A stretch of 59,919 nucleotides of DNA from an uncultured virus (IMG/VR IMGVR_UViG_3300023703_000810) (IMGVR_UViG_3300023703_000810), one strand, 5' to 3'; shown: positions 47,528 through 53,883, numbered from the stretch's first letter. Numbers and translations are program-made. Notes: generated by a model from the sequence alone, not told the origin.

Positions 47528-48048
47528 AACTTACTTCTGAAGTGTTTAAGTTCACCTGATAGATAGCGAGGGTCTTGTTTAGTTATTCTACACATGTTAC
47601 CATCTCTATCCTTAGCTAGGAATGTTCCTTTAAGTGGACTTGGCACTTTCTGTTTGTATCTTGATCCCTTTGCTACACCTACAAGTTCACCTGATAGATA
47701 GCGAGGGTCGTTTTTACTAACTAGGAATTTGTTCCCACTAGAGTCTTTAACCGAAATCATACCTTTAGCGATTCCTACAAGTTCACCCGATAAGTATTTT
47801 GGGTCATCTTTACAAACGCTATATGTGATTCCATTAGAGTCTTTAACTGATATTTTACCTAGTCTTGCGTCGCTCATGAGTTTTATAGATTTCTTTGTGT
47901 GTGACCTACCATACATACCATTACAGTCGCCAAATAACTTTGGACCAATATTGGTGTATGGAAGTAATGGCTCTAGTTTAGAGTAGTCGGGAAACGTTGT
48001 TTTTAGAGATTCGAAGACTGGGTCTTCATTTGGTGTATAAGTATACAT
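47524..48048 (-). CDS. HEG-derived DNA-binding protein (NUMOD3 plus 3 repeats ending DP(K/R)YLSGEL), no visible nuclease domain
   Basis: NGMYGRSHTKKSIKLMS; three ~33-aa repeats. Confidence 0.65.
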   Translation of the reverse strand: MYTYTPNEDPVFESLKTTFPDYSKLEPLLPYTNIGPKLFGDCNGMYGRSHTKKSIKLMSDARLGKISVKDSNGITYSVCKDDPKYLSGELVGIAKGMISVKDSSGNKFLVSKNDPRYLSGELVGVAKGSRYKQKVPSPLKGTFLAKDRDGNMCRITKQDPRYLSGELKHFRSKF

Positions 48049-48069
48049 GCTGGCATAGTCCTTTTATGT

Positions 48070-48115
48070 TAGAATAGGTAGAGACGGCAATCTCGTGACC
48101 TACACCATTATTTAG
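48070..48115 (-). promoter_or_regulatory. Late promoter (CTAAATA) plus conserved 5'-UTR hairpin, copy 2
   Basis: 35/38 nt identical to 1491-1528. Confidence 0.7.
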
Positions 48116-48140
48116 TAATTTTAAAATTTGAGGACTTTTA

Positions 48141-48563
48141 ATGAGAAAATACTTAACACAGATGCTTGCAGAGATCAACGATGATCCAAAGCAGATTGAA
48201 AAATATAGAGGTGACGCTGTACTGAAACTTGCTTTCGAGTACGCATTCGACCCGAAGAAGAAGATGATTCTTCCAGAAGGTACACCACCTTACAAGCCAG
48301 CTGCTGAACCGATGGGTATGACACCAACGAATCTCTTTAGTGAGATGCGTCGTCTATACGTCTTCTGTCGTGCTGACTTGAAACCATTGAAGCGTGAAGG
48401 CTTGTTCATCTCTCTGTTAGAAGGTGTACATCCTGAAGAAGCTGAAGTGTTAATTGCTATTAAAGACCAAGTGTTGCATAAGATGTTTAAGAAGATTACC
48501 CTTAAACTTGTAACTGAGGCTGGCTTCTTACCACAAGTTGAAAAGAAAAGTGCGACATCTTGA
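48141..48563 (+). CDS. Conserved T4-like hypothetical protein
   Basis: LPEGTPPYKP...KREGLFISLLEGVHPEEAE. Confidence 0.75.
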   Translation: MRKYLTQMLAEINDDPKQIEKYRGDAVLKLAFEYAFDPKKKMILPEGTPPYKPAAEPMGMTPTNLFSEMRRLYVFCRADLKPLKREGLFISLLEGVHPEEAEVLIAIKDQVLHKMFKKITLKLVTEAGFLPQVEKKSATS

Positions 48564-48768
48564 AGATGAAGACAGAGAGTTTCTTCTCTTTCTTTTAAGT
48601 CTTCACGAAGACGAATTCAAAATGATGCTGGACAGTATGAACCAAGATGATGCTATGCGAGTCTTGGTTATGATACAGTTGGCCAAGGATGAATTGTTCG
48701 ACGATGAGATGGAAGAAGATGGAATGAAAGAAGCCAATGAAGTGCTTGACAGGATTATGAGATTATGA
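48538..48768 (+). CDS. Acidic hypothetical protein
   Basis: ORF coupled to the next gene; start uncertain. Confidence 0.55.
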   Translation: MKRKVRHLEDEDREFLLFLLSLHEDEFKMMLDSMNQDDAMRVLVMIQLAKDELFDDEMEEDGMKEANEVLDRIMRL

Positions 48769-49196
48769 AACAAAAGTGGATAGAAGCATTTATGGACACA
48801 GCGGAGCGATTCGCCAAGTTGTCCAGTGCCAAGCGATTGCAGGTTGGTGCGGTAGTCGTAAAAGATGAACGCATCACTTCAATCGGCTACAATGGTACAC
48901 CAGCAGGTTGGGATAACAACTGTGAGTTCGAGTACGTGAACCCTCAGACAAAGGTTGCAGAGATTGTGACCAAGAAAGAAGTTATCCATGCAGAAGCCAA
49001 CGCCATCTCTAAGTTGGCAAAGTCTGCAGACTCTGGAGAAGGTGCTTCTATCTTTGTTACTCATGCTCCTTGTGTTGAGTGTGCCAAGCTAATCTATGGT
49101 GCTGGCATCAAGCATGTCTACTACCGCAACTCCTACCGCAATGAAGATGGGTTAAACTTTCTAGTGAAGTGTAACATCGAGACAGAAAAGTGTTGA
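48765..49196 (+). CDS. cd: dCMP deaminase
   Basis: VGAVVV, GYNG, HAEANA, PCVEC. Confidence 0.93.
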   Translation: MKQKWIEAFMDTAERFAKLSSAKRLQVGAVVVKDERITSIGYNGTPAGWDNNCEFEYVNPQTKVAEIVTKKEVIHAEANAISKLAKSADSGEGASIFVTHAPCVECAKLIYGAGIKHVYYRNSYRNEDGLNFLVKCNIETEKC

Positions 49197-49360
49197 CTTG
49201 CAAATCTACTTGATGTATACTCTTATCTTCGGTTGGGATGCCCTCCCAAAAATAAATTCAAAATACTTGACAAAAAGTTCAATCTGAGCTAAAATTTTGT
49301 CTAAATAGATCTACAGGTGGTTAAAAACTGCTTGTCTTCAATCAACTTTTAGGATATAAT
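49193..49360 (+). promoter_or_regulatory. Three tandem sigma70 promoters upstream of the leader ORF
   Basis: TTGACT-17-TATACT (49193), TTGACA-17-TAAAAT (49267), TTGTCT-17-TATAAT (49332); also CTAAATA at 49301. Confidence 0.7.
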
Positions 49361-49370
49361 TCTTTCTACT

Positions 49371-49502
49371 ATGAGACTCTCTTGTTCCAATATGCATAAA
49401 CAGCTACCGTTGAATAACGGATGGACAAGCACACGCCCATCATTTGTAGAAGGTTCTGGCTATGCGATTGAGGATACGAAGGGTTTTGGTAAGAAGAAGT
49501 AA
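49371..49502 (+). CDS. Putative attenuator leader peptide (43 aa, all 20 amino acids)
   Basis: MRLSCSNMHKQLPLNNGWTSTRPSFVEGSGYAIEDTKGFGKKK*; 3' end overlaps the antiterminator strand. Confidence 0.65.
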   Translation: MRLSCSNMHKQLPLNNGWTSTRPSFVEGSGYAIEDTKGFGKKK

Positions 49503-49557
49503 GAGAACTTAGTCTCTTTACCAAAACCCTCGAAGATGTGAATCTCGAGGGTTTTTT
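49480..49557 (+). terminator. Mutually exclusive antiterminator/terminator
   Basis: AGGGTTTTGGTAA(49480-92) pairs TTACCAAAACCCT(49518-30); AAAACCCTCGA(49523-33) pairs TCGAGGGTTTT(49545-55), ending in a T6 tract. Confidence 0.85.
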
Positions 49558-49598
49558 GCTTTATAGTCTACCACGATGTGGGGTCTTTAAAGAAGGTG

Positions 49599-49835
49599 TT
49601 GACAGTAAAGCACTTGTGCTGTATAATCAATGCTTAGTTAGTGTGAAGAACGATGAAGAAAGAAACCCTACTGTTAGTAAGGTCTTTCAGAAAGTTGTTG
49701 ACACTAACGCTGATGTGATGTAAGATTACGTCTTAGGTTGAGTTAGAAATTATTTTTGACTTGTCCTTAGAAACCCCACGAAAGTGAAGGTTACTAAAAA
49801 TAGGTGTTGACTTTATATCTTAGCTGATGTATAAT
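49599..49835 (+). promoter_or_regulatory. Three further tandem sigma70 promoters for the tRNA array
   Basis: TTGACA-17-TATAAT (49599), TTGACA-17-TAAGAT (49698), TTGACT-17-TATAAT (49807). Confidence 0.8.
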
Positions 49836-49852
49836 CAATACCTCGGATGCTC

Positions 49853-49885
49853 TGCTCTTTAGCGACATCTTTAGATCTTTAAAAA
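49853..49885 (+). promoter_or_regulatory. boxA-like antitermination elements
   Basis: TGCTCTTTAGCG and GATCTTTAAAAA versus rrn boxA TGCTCTTTAACA. Confidence 0.55.
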
Positions 49886-49903
49886 TCTGTACCAGTTTTT
49901 ATT

Positions 49904-49982
49904 GCGACTTAGGTTAGAAAGTCGGGGTAAGTGATTTGGCTAACGCCGATATCGACCGCCCTGTTAGTATTACCTAAGTCGT
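49904..49982 (+). ncRNA. Structured leader element
   Basis: GCGACTTAGGT/ACCTAAGTCGT closing helix. Confidence 0.45.
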
Positions 49983-49986
49983 ATGT

Positions 49987-50060
49987 TCCCGAGTGGTGTA
50001 ATGGTAGCACAATTGACTTTGACTCAATTAGCATAGGTTCGATACCTGTCTCGGGTGCCA
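49987..50060 (+). tRNA. tRNA-Gln(TTG)
   Basis: Cloverleaf, ATTGA-CTTTGAC-TCAAT, CCA. Confidence 0.9.
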
Positions 50061-50164
50061 AACAGAAATATACTCAAAGGCAAGCGCAAGCCGATGTAGC
50101 GGATTACAGCCTTTGGTTTCAGAGGTAGGCAGGTTCGACTCCTGCGGAGTATTTTTCTGTTTGG
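50058..50164 (+). ncRNA. tRNA-like element closed by a long helix starting at the upstream CCA
   Basis: CCAAACAGAAA.ATACTC/GAGTAT.TTTCTGTTTGG; T-arm GCAGG-TTCGACT-CCTGC. Confidence 0.55.
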
Positions 50165-50189
50165 TAAGTTTATTAACAAGGAGAGTAGC

Positions 50190-50213
50190 ATGAAACGTTC
50201 AGGTAAACGTTAG
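50190..50213 (+). other. Amber-terminated minigene MKRSGKR* followed by a hairpin
   Basis: AAGGAG RBS; GTGTCACTCAAGATC/GGTCTTGGGTTGGCAC hairpin starts at the TAG. Confidence 0.45.
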
Positions 50214-50276
50214 TGTCACTCAAGATCCCGTATTGGTCTTGGGTTGGCACGTAAAATCAAAATAATTACGATCAAC

Positions 50277-50352
50277 CCACCCTAGATGTTATTGGTAGCA
50301 TACTAGACTCTTAATCTACGAGGACTGAGTTCGAATCTCAGAGGGTGGACCA
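50277..50352 (+). tRNA. tRNA-Lys(CTT)
   Basis: Loop CTCTTAA; CCACCCT/AGGGTGG; CCA. Confidence 0.88.
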
Positions 50353-50356
50353 ATAC

Positions 50357-50433
50357 GGGTTTATAGTTTAACGGCTAAAACATCTGGCTTTTAACCAGTA
50401 AGACTCTCGGTTCGAATCCGAGTAGACCCACCA
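50357..50433 (+). tRNA. tRNA-Lys(TTT)
   Basis: CTGG-CTTTTAA-CCAG; CCA. Confidence 0.9.
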
Positions 50434-50526
50434 TATAAAAACATACTACTGTGTGTATTTGTGAATAATGAGTACATGAAGGTTTCGGGCGTGATACCTG
50501 CGGTTTGGTAGTGTGTTTTTATATGG
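50431..50526 (+). ncRNA. Long-helix spacer element starting at the tRNA CCA
   Basis: CCATATAAAAACATACTAC/GTAGTGTGTTTTTATATGG. Confidence 0.55.
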
Positions 50527-50531
50527 TTTAT

Positions 50532-50606
50532 GGAGTTGTTAGTTTAGTGGTAAAACCACGGGTTGTGATTCCGTTATCACGAGTTCGATTCTCGTACATC
50601 TCCCCA
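50532..50606 (+). tRNA. tRNA-His(GTG)
   Basis: G-1:C73; ACGGG-TTGTGAT-TCCGT. Confidence 0.88.
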
Positions 50607-50610
50607 ATTT

Positions 50611-50686
50611 GCCTGTGTAGCTCCAATGGTAGAGCAGTGGATTGAAAATCCATGTGTTAGTGGTTCGAGTCCACTCATAGGCACCA
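50611..50686 (+). tRNA. tRNA-Phe(GAA)
   Basis: GTGGA-TTGAAAA-TCCAT; CCA. Confidence 0.93.
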
Positions 50687-50694
50687 AAGTATTT

Positions 50695-50769
50695 CCTCTT
50701 GTAGCTCAATGGTAGAGCACTCGCTTGATAAGCGATAGACCTAAGGTTCGATTCCTTTCGAGAGGACCA
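50695..50769 (+). tRNA. tRNA-Ile(GAT)
   Basis: TCGC-TTGATAA-GCGA; CCA. Confidence 0.9.
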
Positions 50770-50775
50770 AATTAT

Positions 50776-50850
50776 GGCGCATTCATATAATGGCTATTAT
50801 CGTGGATTGTCTATCCATAGACGGGAGTTCGATTCTCCCATGCGTCGCCA
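50776..50850 (+). tRNA. tRNA-Asp(GTC)
   Basis: GTGGA-TTGTCTA-TCCAT; G73 CCA. Confidence 0.88.
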
Positions 50851-50855
50851 ATTTT

Positions 50856-50925
50856 AGGATGAGTTCTGCAATTAACTAGAACACCAAACTCTTAATTTGA
50901 CATGTTCGTCAAAATCATCCTGTTG
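50856..50925 (+). ncRNA. Helix-CNGCA family RNA copy 1 (Lys-CUU anticodon loop)
   Basis: AGGATGA/TCATCCT, GTTCTGCAA, 3' GTTG. Confidence 0.7.
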
Positions 50926-50932
50926 TTTTTAT

Positions 50933-51011
50933 TCCGAGAAACCCAAGCAAGGTGCAGGGGCTTGACTGTTAATCAATGGTTAGATGAGTTCGATTCTCAT
51001 ACTCGGAGCCA
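50933..51011 (+). tRNA. tRNA-Asn(GTT)
   Basis: TTGA-CTGTTAA-TCAA; G73 CCA. Confidence 0.85.
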
Positions 51012-51094
51012 GAGCAAATAGTAATCTTGTTTTGATGCATGGTTACTCAATGTTTGTTAGTTTCAATGGGTGCTATAGAAACTAACACCAATTT

Positions 51095-51169
51095 GGGGAC
51101 AGTAGTGGGCTACGGTTCTCCCTTGCAAGGAGGATGTCTAGAAGGATTCGATTTCCTCGGTCTCCACCA
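51095..51169 (+). tRNA. tRNA-Ala(TGC), atypical D and T arms
   Basis: TCTCC-CTTGCAA-GGAGG; G3:U70; A73 CCA. Confidence 0.7.
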
Positions 51170-51175
51170 AATTAC

Positions 51176-51281
51176 ACACTGCTGAGGTGGTGTTAGAAGT
51201 TCTGCAGGATGACTAGCATAAGGCTACCCGCCTGATGTTTCAAATACTCTGGGGCGGCAGGTTTCGAGTCCTGCGTAGTGT
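51176..51281 (+). ncRNA. tRNA-like RNA (acceptor-like helix plus T arm, no canonical D/anticodon arms)
   Basis: ACACTGC/GTAGTGT; GCAGG-TTTCGAGT-CCTGC. Confidence 0.45.
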
Positions 51282-51312
51282 GGTTTAATATAGAGTTTAC
51301 ATTCATCATCAA

Positions 51313-51394
51313 TTTTCATACAGGTACTATGGAGTACGAGGGGCTTTGAAACGTTCGGTAGGTGCGAGGTTCGATTCCCGCACTTGTGTGAAAA
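51313..51394 (+). ncRNA. Degenerate tRNA-like element with extended acceptor helix, no CCA
   Basis: TTTTCATACAGGT/ACTTGTGTGAAAA; T-loop GGTTCGATTCC. Confidence 0.45.
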
Positions 51395-51405
51395 TTAATG
51401 ATTAT

Positions 51406-51480
51406 GGAGCTATCGTCTATCGGTTAGGACACTGGGTTTTCAACCCAGTAAGAGGGGTTCAACTCCCCTATCGAGTACCA
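51406..51480 (+). pseudogene. tRNA-Glu(TTC) with unpaired acceptor stem
   Basis: D, anticodon and T arms intact, but GGAGCTA cannot pair with ATCGAGT. Confidence 0.7.
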
Positions 51481-51485
51481 ATTAT

Positions 51486-51561
51486 CTCTGTAAAGCGTTA
51501 TCAGGTTGCGTACACCGTTTGGGGCGGTGTGGTGAAGGTTCGAATCCTTCTACGGAGACCA
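51486..51561 (+). tRNA. tRNA-Pro(TGG)
   Basis: CACCG-TTTGGGG-CGGTG; C1:G72, A73. Confidence 0.88.
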
Positions 51562-51563
51562 AG

Positions 51564-51710
51564 AATTAGTCGGAGTAATTAACCGAAAAGTAAACAGTAG
51601 ACGATCCCGCCATCTCGGTCGTCTTTGCAGTGTATACTGCGTCAGGAAGCTCGCAGGGGTAACTTGAGAAATGCTGGGGTAAGAGTCCCAATTGATCGAT
51701 GTGCACTAAT
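51564..51710 (+). ncRNA. Unknown multi-hairpin RNA
   Basis: AATTAGT/ACTAATT closure; AGACGATC/GGTCGTCT, GCAGT/ACTGC, TGGG/CCCA hairpins. Confidence 0.45.
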
Positions 51711-51714
51711 TTAT

Positions 51715-51790
51715 GCCTCTGTAGTTCAACGGATTAGAATACGGTGCTACGAACGCTGAGACGGGAGTTCGATTCTCTCCAGAGGTACCA
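51715..51790 (+). tRNA. tRNA-Arg(ACG)
   Basis: CGGTG-CTACGAA-CGCTG; CCA. Confidence 0.9.
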
Positions 51791-51795
51791 GTTAT

Positions 51796-51869
51796 GCGTG
51801 GTTAGTTTAATGGTAAAATCAGACGTTGCCAACGTTTAGTTAAGAGTTCGATTCTCTTACCCCGCACCA
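51796..51869 (+). tRNA. tRNA-Gly(GCC)
   Basis: AGACG-TTGCCAA-CGTTT; CCA. Confidence 0.87.
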
Positions 51870-51874
51870 GTTTT

Positions 51875-51931
51875 AGGTTTCTTTCAGCAATTAAAATCTT
51901 TTTTGGAATAAAAGCAAAGCGAAACCTGTTG
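51875..51931 (+). ncRNA. Helix-CNGCA family RNA copy 2
   Basis: AGGTTTC/GAAACCT, TTTCAGCAA, CTTTT-TTGGAAT-AAAAG hairpin, 3' GTTG. Confidence 0.7.
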
Positions 51932-51937
51932 TATAAT

Positions 51938-52027
51938 GGAGATATGGTCGAGTCTGGTTTATGGCACTTGTCTAGAAAACAAGCAACCCGAAAGGGTTCG
52001 TGGGTTCAAATCCTACTATCTCCGCCA
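51938..52027 (+). tRNA. tRNA-Ser(AGA)
   Basis: CTTGT-CTAGAAA-ACAAG; long variable arm; G73. Confidence 0.88.
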
Positions 52028-52032
52028 AATAT

Positions 52033-52124
52033 GGAAAGTAATGCAGCTGCGTTGGTGCGGCGACGAGCCTTGAAAACTCGGTTCTCAGAAATGGGATGGG
52101 GTTCGACTCCTCTGCTTTCCGCCA
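52033..52124 (+). tRNA. tRNA-Ser(TGA)
   Basis: Loop CTTGAAA; long variable arm; G73. Confidence 0.87.
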
Positions 52125-52130
52125 AAATTT

Positions 52131-52189
52131 AGGATGCGTCCAGCAATTTTCCAAATTCAACTTGTAATTGAAAAATAAGCATCCTGTTG
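52131..52189 (+). ncRNA. Helix-CNGCA family RNA copy 3 (Thr-UGU anticodon loop)
   Basis: AGGATGC/GCATCCT; TTCAA-CTTGTAA-TTGAA. Confidence 0.72.
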
Positions 52190-52212
52190 TTTAACTTGAA
52201 ATGGAGTTTGAT

Positions 52213-52791
52213 ATGCCAAGTGTATTTTTAACAAGTGATACGCACTTTGGTCACGCTGGTGTATGCAAATTCACTGAAGCTGACGGAGTTACGAAAATTC
52301 GACCATGGACTGATCCAGAAGAAATGGACGAAGCCATGGTCAAGATGTGGAATGAAACTGTCCGTCCAACGGATAAGGTTTACCACTTAGGTGACGTTGT
52401 CATTAATCGTAGAGCATTAAAGATTATGCATCGGTTAAACGGTGACAAGGTTTTGATTAAAGGTAATCACGACATCTTTAGATTAGAGGAATATACTCCA
52501 TTCTTTAGAGACATTCGTGGTTCACATGTGATGAATGGTATGATTTTAACTCATATCCCAGTCCATGAAAGCAACTTGTATCGCTTCGGTACTAACATCC
52601 ATGGTCATACTCATACAGCACGTGTGACAAAGATTGACCAGTATGGTGTTGAACGAATCGATCCTCGCTATCAATGTGTGTGCGTTGAACAAACAGACTT
52701 CAGACCCATCTTGTTTGAAGACGTAATCAAGCGCATTGAGAGAGAAGGTGGTACTGTCGGATTCAAAAACGGCAATGGACCAACGATGTAA
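52213..52791 (+). CDS. Calcineurin-like metallophosphoesterase
   Basis: SDTHFGH, HLGD, GNHD, THIP, HGHTH. Confidence 0.9.
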   Translation: MPSVFLTSDTHFGHAGVCKFTEADGVTKIRPWTDPEEMDEAMVKMWNETVRPTDKVYHLGDVVINRRALKIMHRLNGDKVLIKGNHDIFRLEEYTPFFRDIRGSHVMNGMILTHIPVHESNLYRFGTNIHGHTHTARVTKIDQYGVERIDPRYQCVCVEQTDFRPILFEDVIKRIEREGGTVGFKNGNGPTM

Positions 52792-52871
52792 TGTGTTGCA
52801 ACTAATCTCAGGGAGTCGTCGTTAGCCTGAGTTAAAATGACAAAAATCGTGGCCAACATTAGGAGAATGGA

Positions 52872-53000
52872 ATGCCAAAAGCAAAAGAAACATTAGAAAA
52901 AGCGTATGGCTCCATTCCGAAAGAAGTGGGGTTCTATTTTGAGATCCCAGTTCGTGGATTAAAGTACTATTGGTTAAGACTAATACGACGTATAAGATAA
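52872..53000 (+). CDS. 42-aa hypothetical protein (MPKAKETLEKAYGSIPKEVG...)
   Basis: AGGAG RBS; clean short ORF. Confidence 0.55.
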   Translation: MPKAKETLEKAYGSIPKEVGFYFEIPVRGLKYYWLRLIRRIR

Positions 53001-53003
53001 GAT

Positions 53004-53090
53004 GGAAGATGTGTTGCAAGGTGCGACAGGAGTTTGCTAAACTCTCGTTCAGAAATGGGCTGACAGGTTCGATTCCTGTATCTTCCGCCA
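53004..53090 (+). tRNA. tRNA-Ser(GCT)
   Basis: GGAGT-TTGCTAA-ACTCT; long variable arm. Confidence 0.87.
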
Positions 53091-53095
53091 GTTAT

Positions 53096-53182
53096 GCGAG
53101 TATGGTGAAATAGGTAGACGCAACAGACTTAAAATCTGTCGGACGCAAGTCCATGTCGGTTCGATTCCGACTACTCGCACCA
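53096..53182 (+). tRNA. tRNA-Leu(TAA)
   Basis: ACAGA-CTTAAAA-TCTGT; long variable arm. Confidence 0.93.
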
Positions 53183-53188
53183 AGTTAA

Positions 53189-53265
53189 GCGCCTATAGTT
53201 CAGCTGGATAGAACAGCGGTCTTCTACACCGCATGTCGGGGGTTCGAATCCCTCTGGGCGCACCA
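53189..53265 (+). tRNA. tRNA-Arg(TCT)
   Basis: GCGGT-CTTCTAC-ACCGC. Confidence 0.92.
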
Positions 53266-53270
53266 AGTTT

Positions 53271-53347
53271 GGGTCAGTAGCTTAGTGTCCCAAAGCAGGG
53301 TACTCATAATGCCTTGATCGTGGGTTAGAATCCCACCTGACCCACCA
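53271..53347 (+). tRNA. tRNA-Met/Ile2(CAT)
   Basis: GGGTA-CTCATAA-TGCCT; CCA. Confidence 0.85.
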
Positions 53348-53349
53348 AT

Positions 53350-53426
53350 GCGGATATGATGGAATTGGTATACGTGCCTGCCTCAAAAGCAGGATTCTGC
53401 GAGTTCGAGTCTCGCTATCCGCACCA
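53350..53426 (+). tRNA. tRNA-Leu(CAA), short variable arm
   Basis: CCTGC-CTCAAAA-GCAGG; Leu-type D loop; variable region only ~5 nt. Confidence 0.85.
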
Positions 53427-53433
53427 AATTTAT

Positions 53434-53511
53434 GTCTGGGTGCCCGAGTGGTCCAAGGGAACTGATTGCAAACCAGTAAAGCCGTGAGTTCAAATCTCAC
53501 CCCAGATTCCA
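53434..53511 (+). tRNA. tRNA-Cys(GCA)
   Basis: Loop TTGCAAA; U73 CCA. Confidence 0.88.
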
Positions 53512-53519
53512 GATAGTTG

Positions 53520-53548
53520 TTGACTTACAAGGTAAGTTGATGTATAAT
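53520..53548 (+). promoter_or_regulatory. sigma70 promoter, near-identical to 59273-59301
   Basis: TTGACTTACAAGGTAAGTTGATGTATAAT. Confidence 0.8.
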
Positions 53549-53556
53549 AGTTATAT

Positions 53557-53632
53557 GCACGATTCGTCTATCGGTTTAGGACACCAGCCTTTCACGTTGG
53601 TAAGACGGGTTCGATTCCCGTATCGTGTACCA
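53557..53632 (+). tRNA. tRNA-Glu(TTC)
   Basis: CCAGC-CTTTCAC-GTTGG. Confidence 0.92.
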
Positions 53633-53639
53633 AGTTTTT

Positions 53640-53725
53640 GGATGTGTAGGAAAATTGGTAACCCCAGGAGACTGTAAATCTTCCGCCTTATGGCATTGCT
53701 GGTTCGAGTCCAGCGGCATCCACCA
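53640..53725 (+). tRNA. tRNA-Tyr(GTA)
   Basis: GGAGA-CTGTAAA-TCTTC; variable arm. Confidence 0.9.
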
Positions 53726-53883
53726 GAATCGAGCAACGTCAGTTGCTTGTCAATCCAGACAAAGGGTCTGGCGTGTTAATTCGGGTTGCTTGCTAGCAAT
53801 CTTTTCGGTACTCACGATAGAAGTACGGCTAAAGTTCGTAATGCACAATATTCAAAATTACTAAATAGATGTAGGAGGAATAA

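Noticed and set aside
100..49196. Genome-wide TAG reassignment (genetic code 15)
   Set aside because: All core genes read through intact under code 11 with dense packing, and no gene appears split at TAG.
49371..49557. T-box riboswitch
   Set aside because: No T-box bulge (UGGNACC) or specifier stem I; the antiterminator is a continuous helix overlapping an ORF, as in ribosome-mediated attenuation.
51095..51169. Reading this tRNA as Cys(GCA)
   Set aside because: The best 5-bp anticodon stem centres TGC, and G3:U70 plus A73 indicate Ala.
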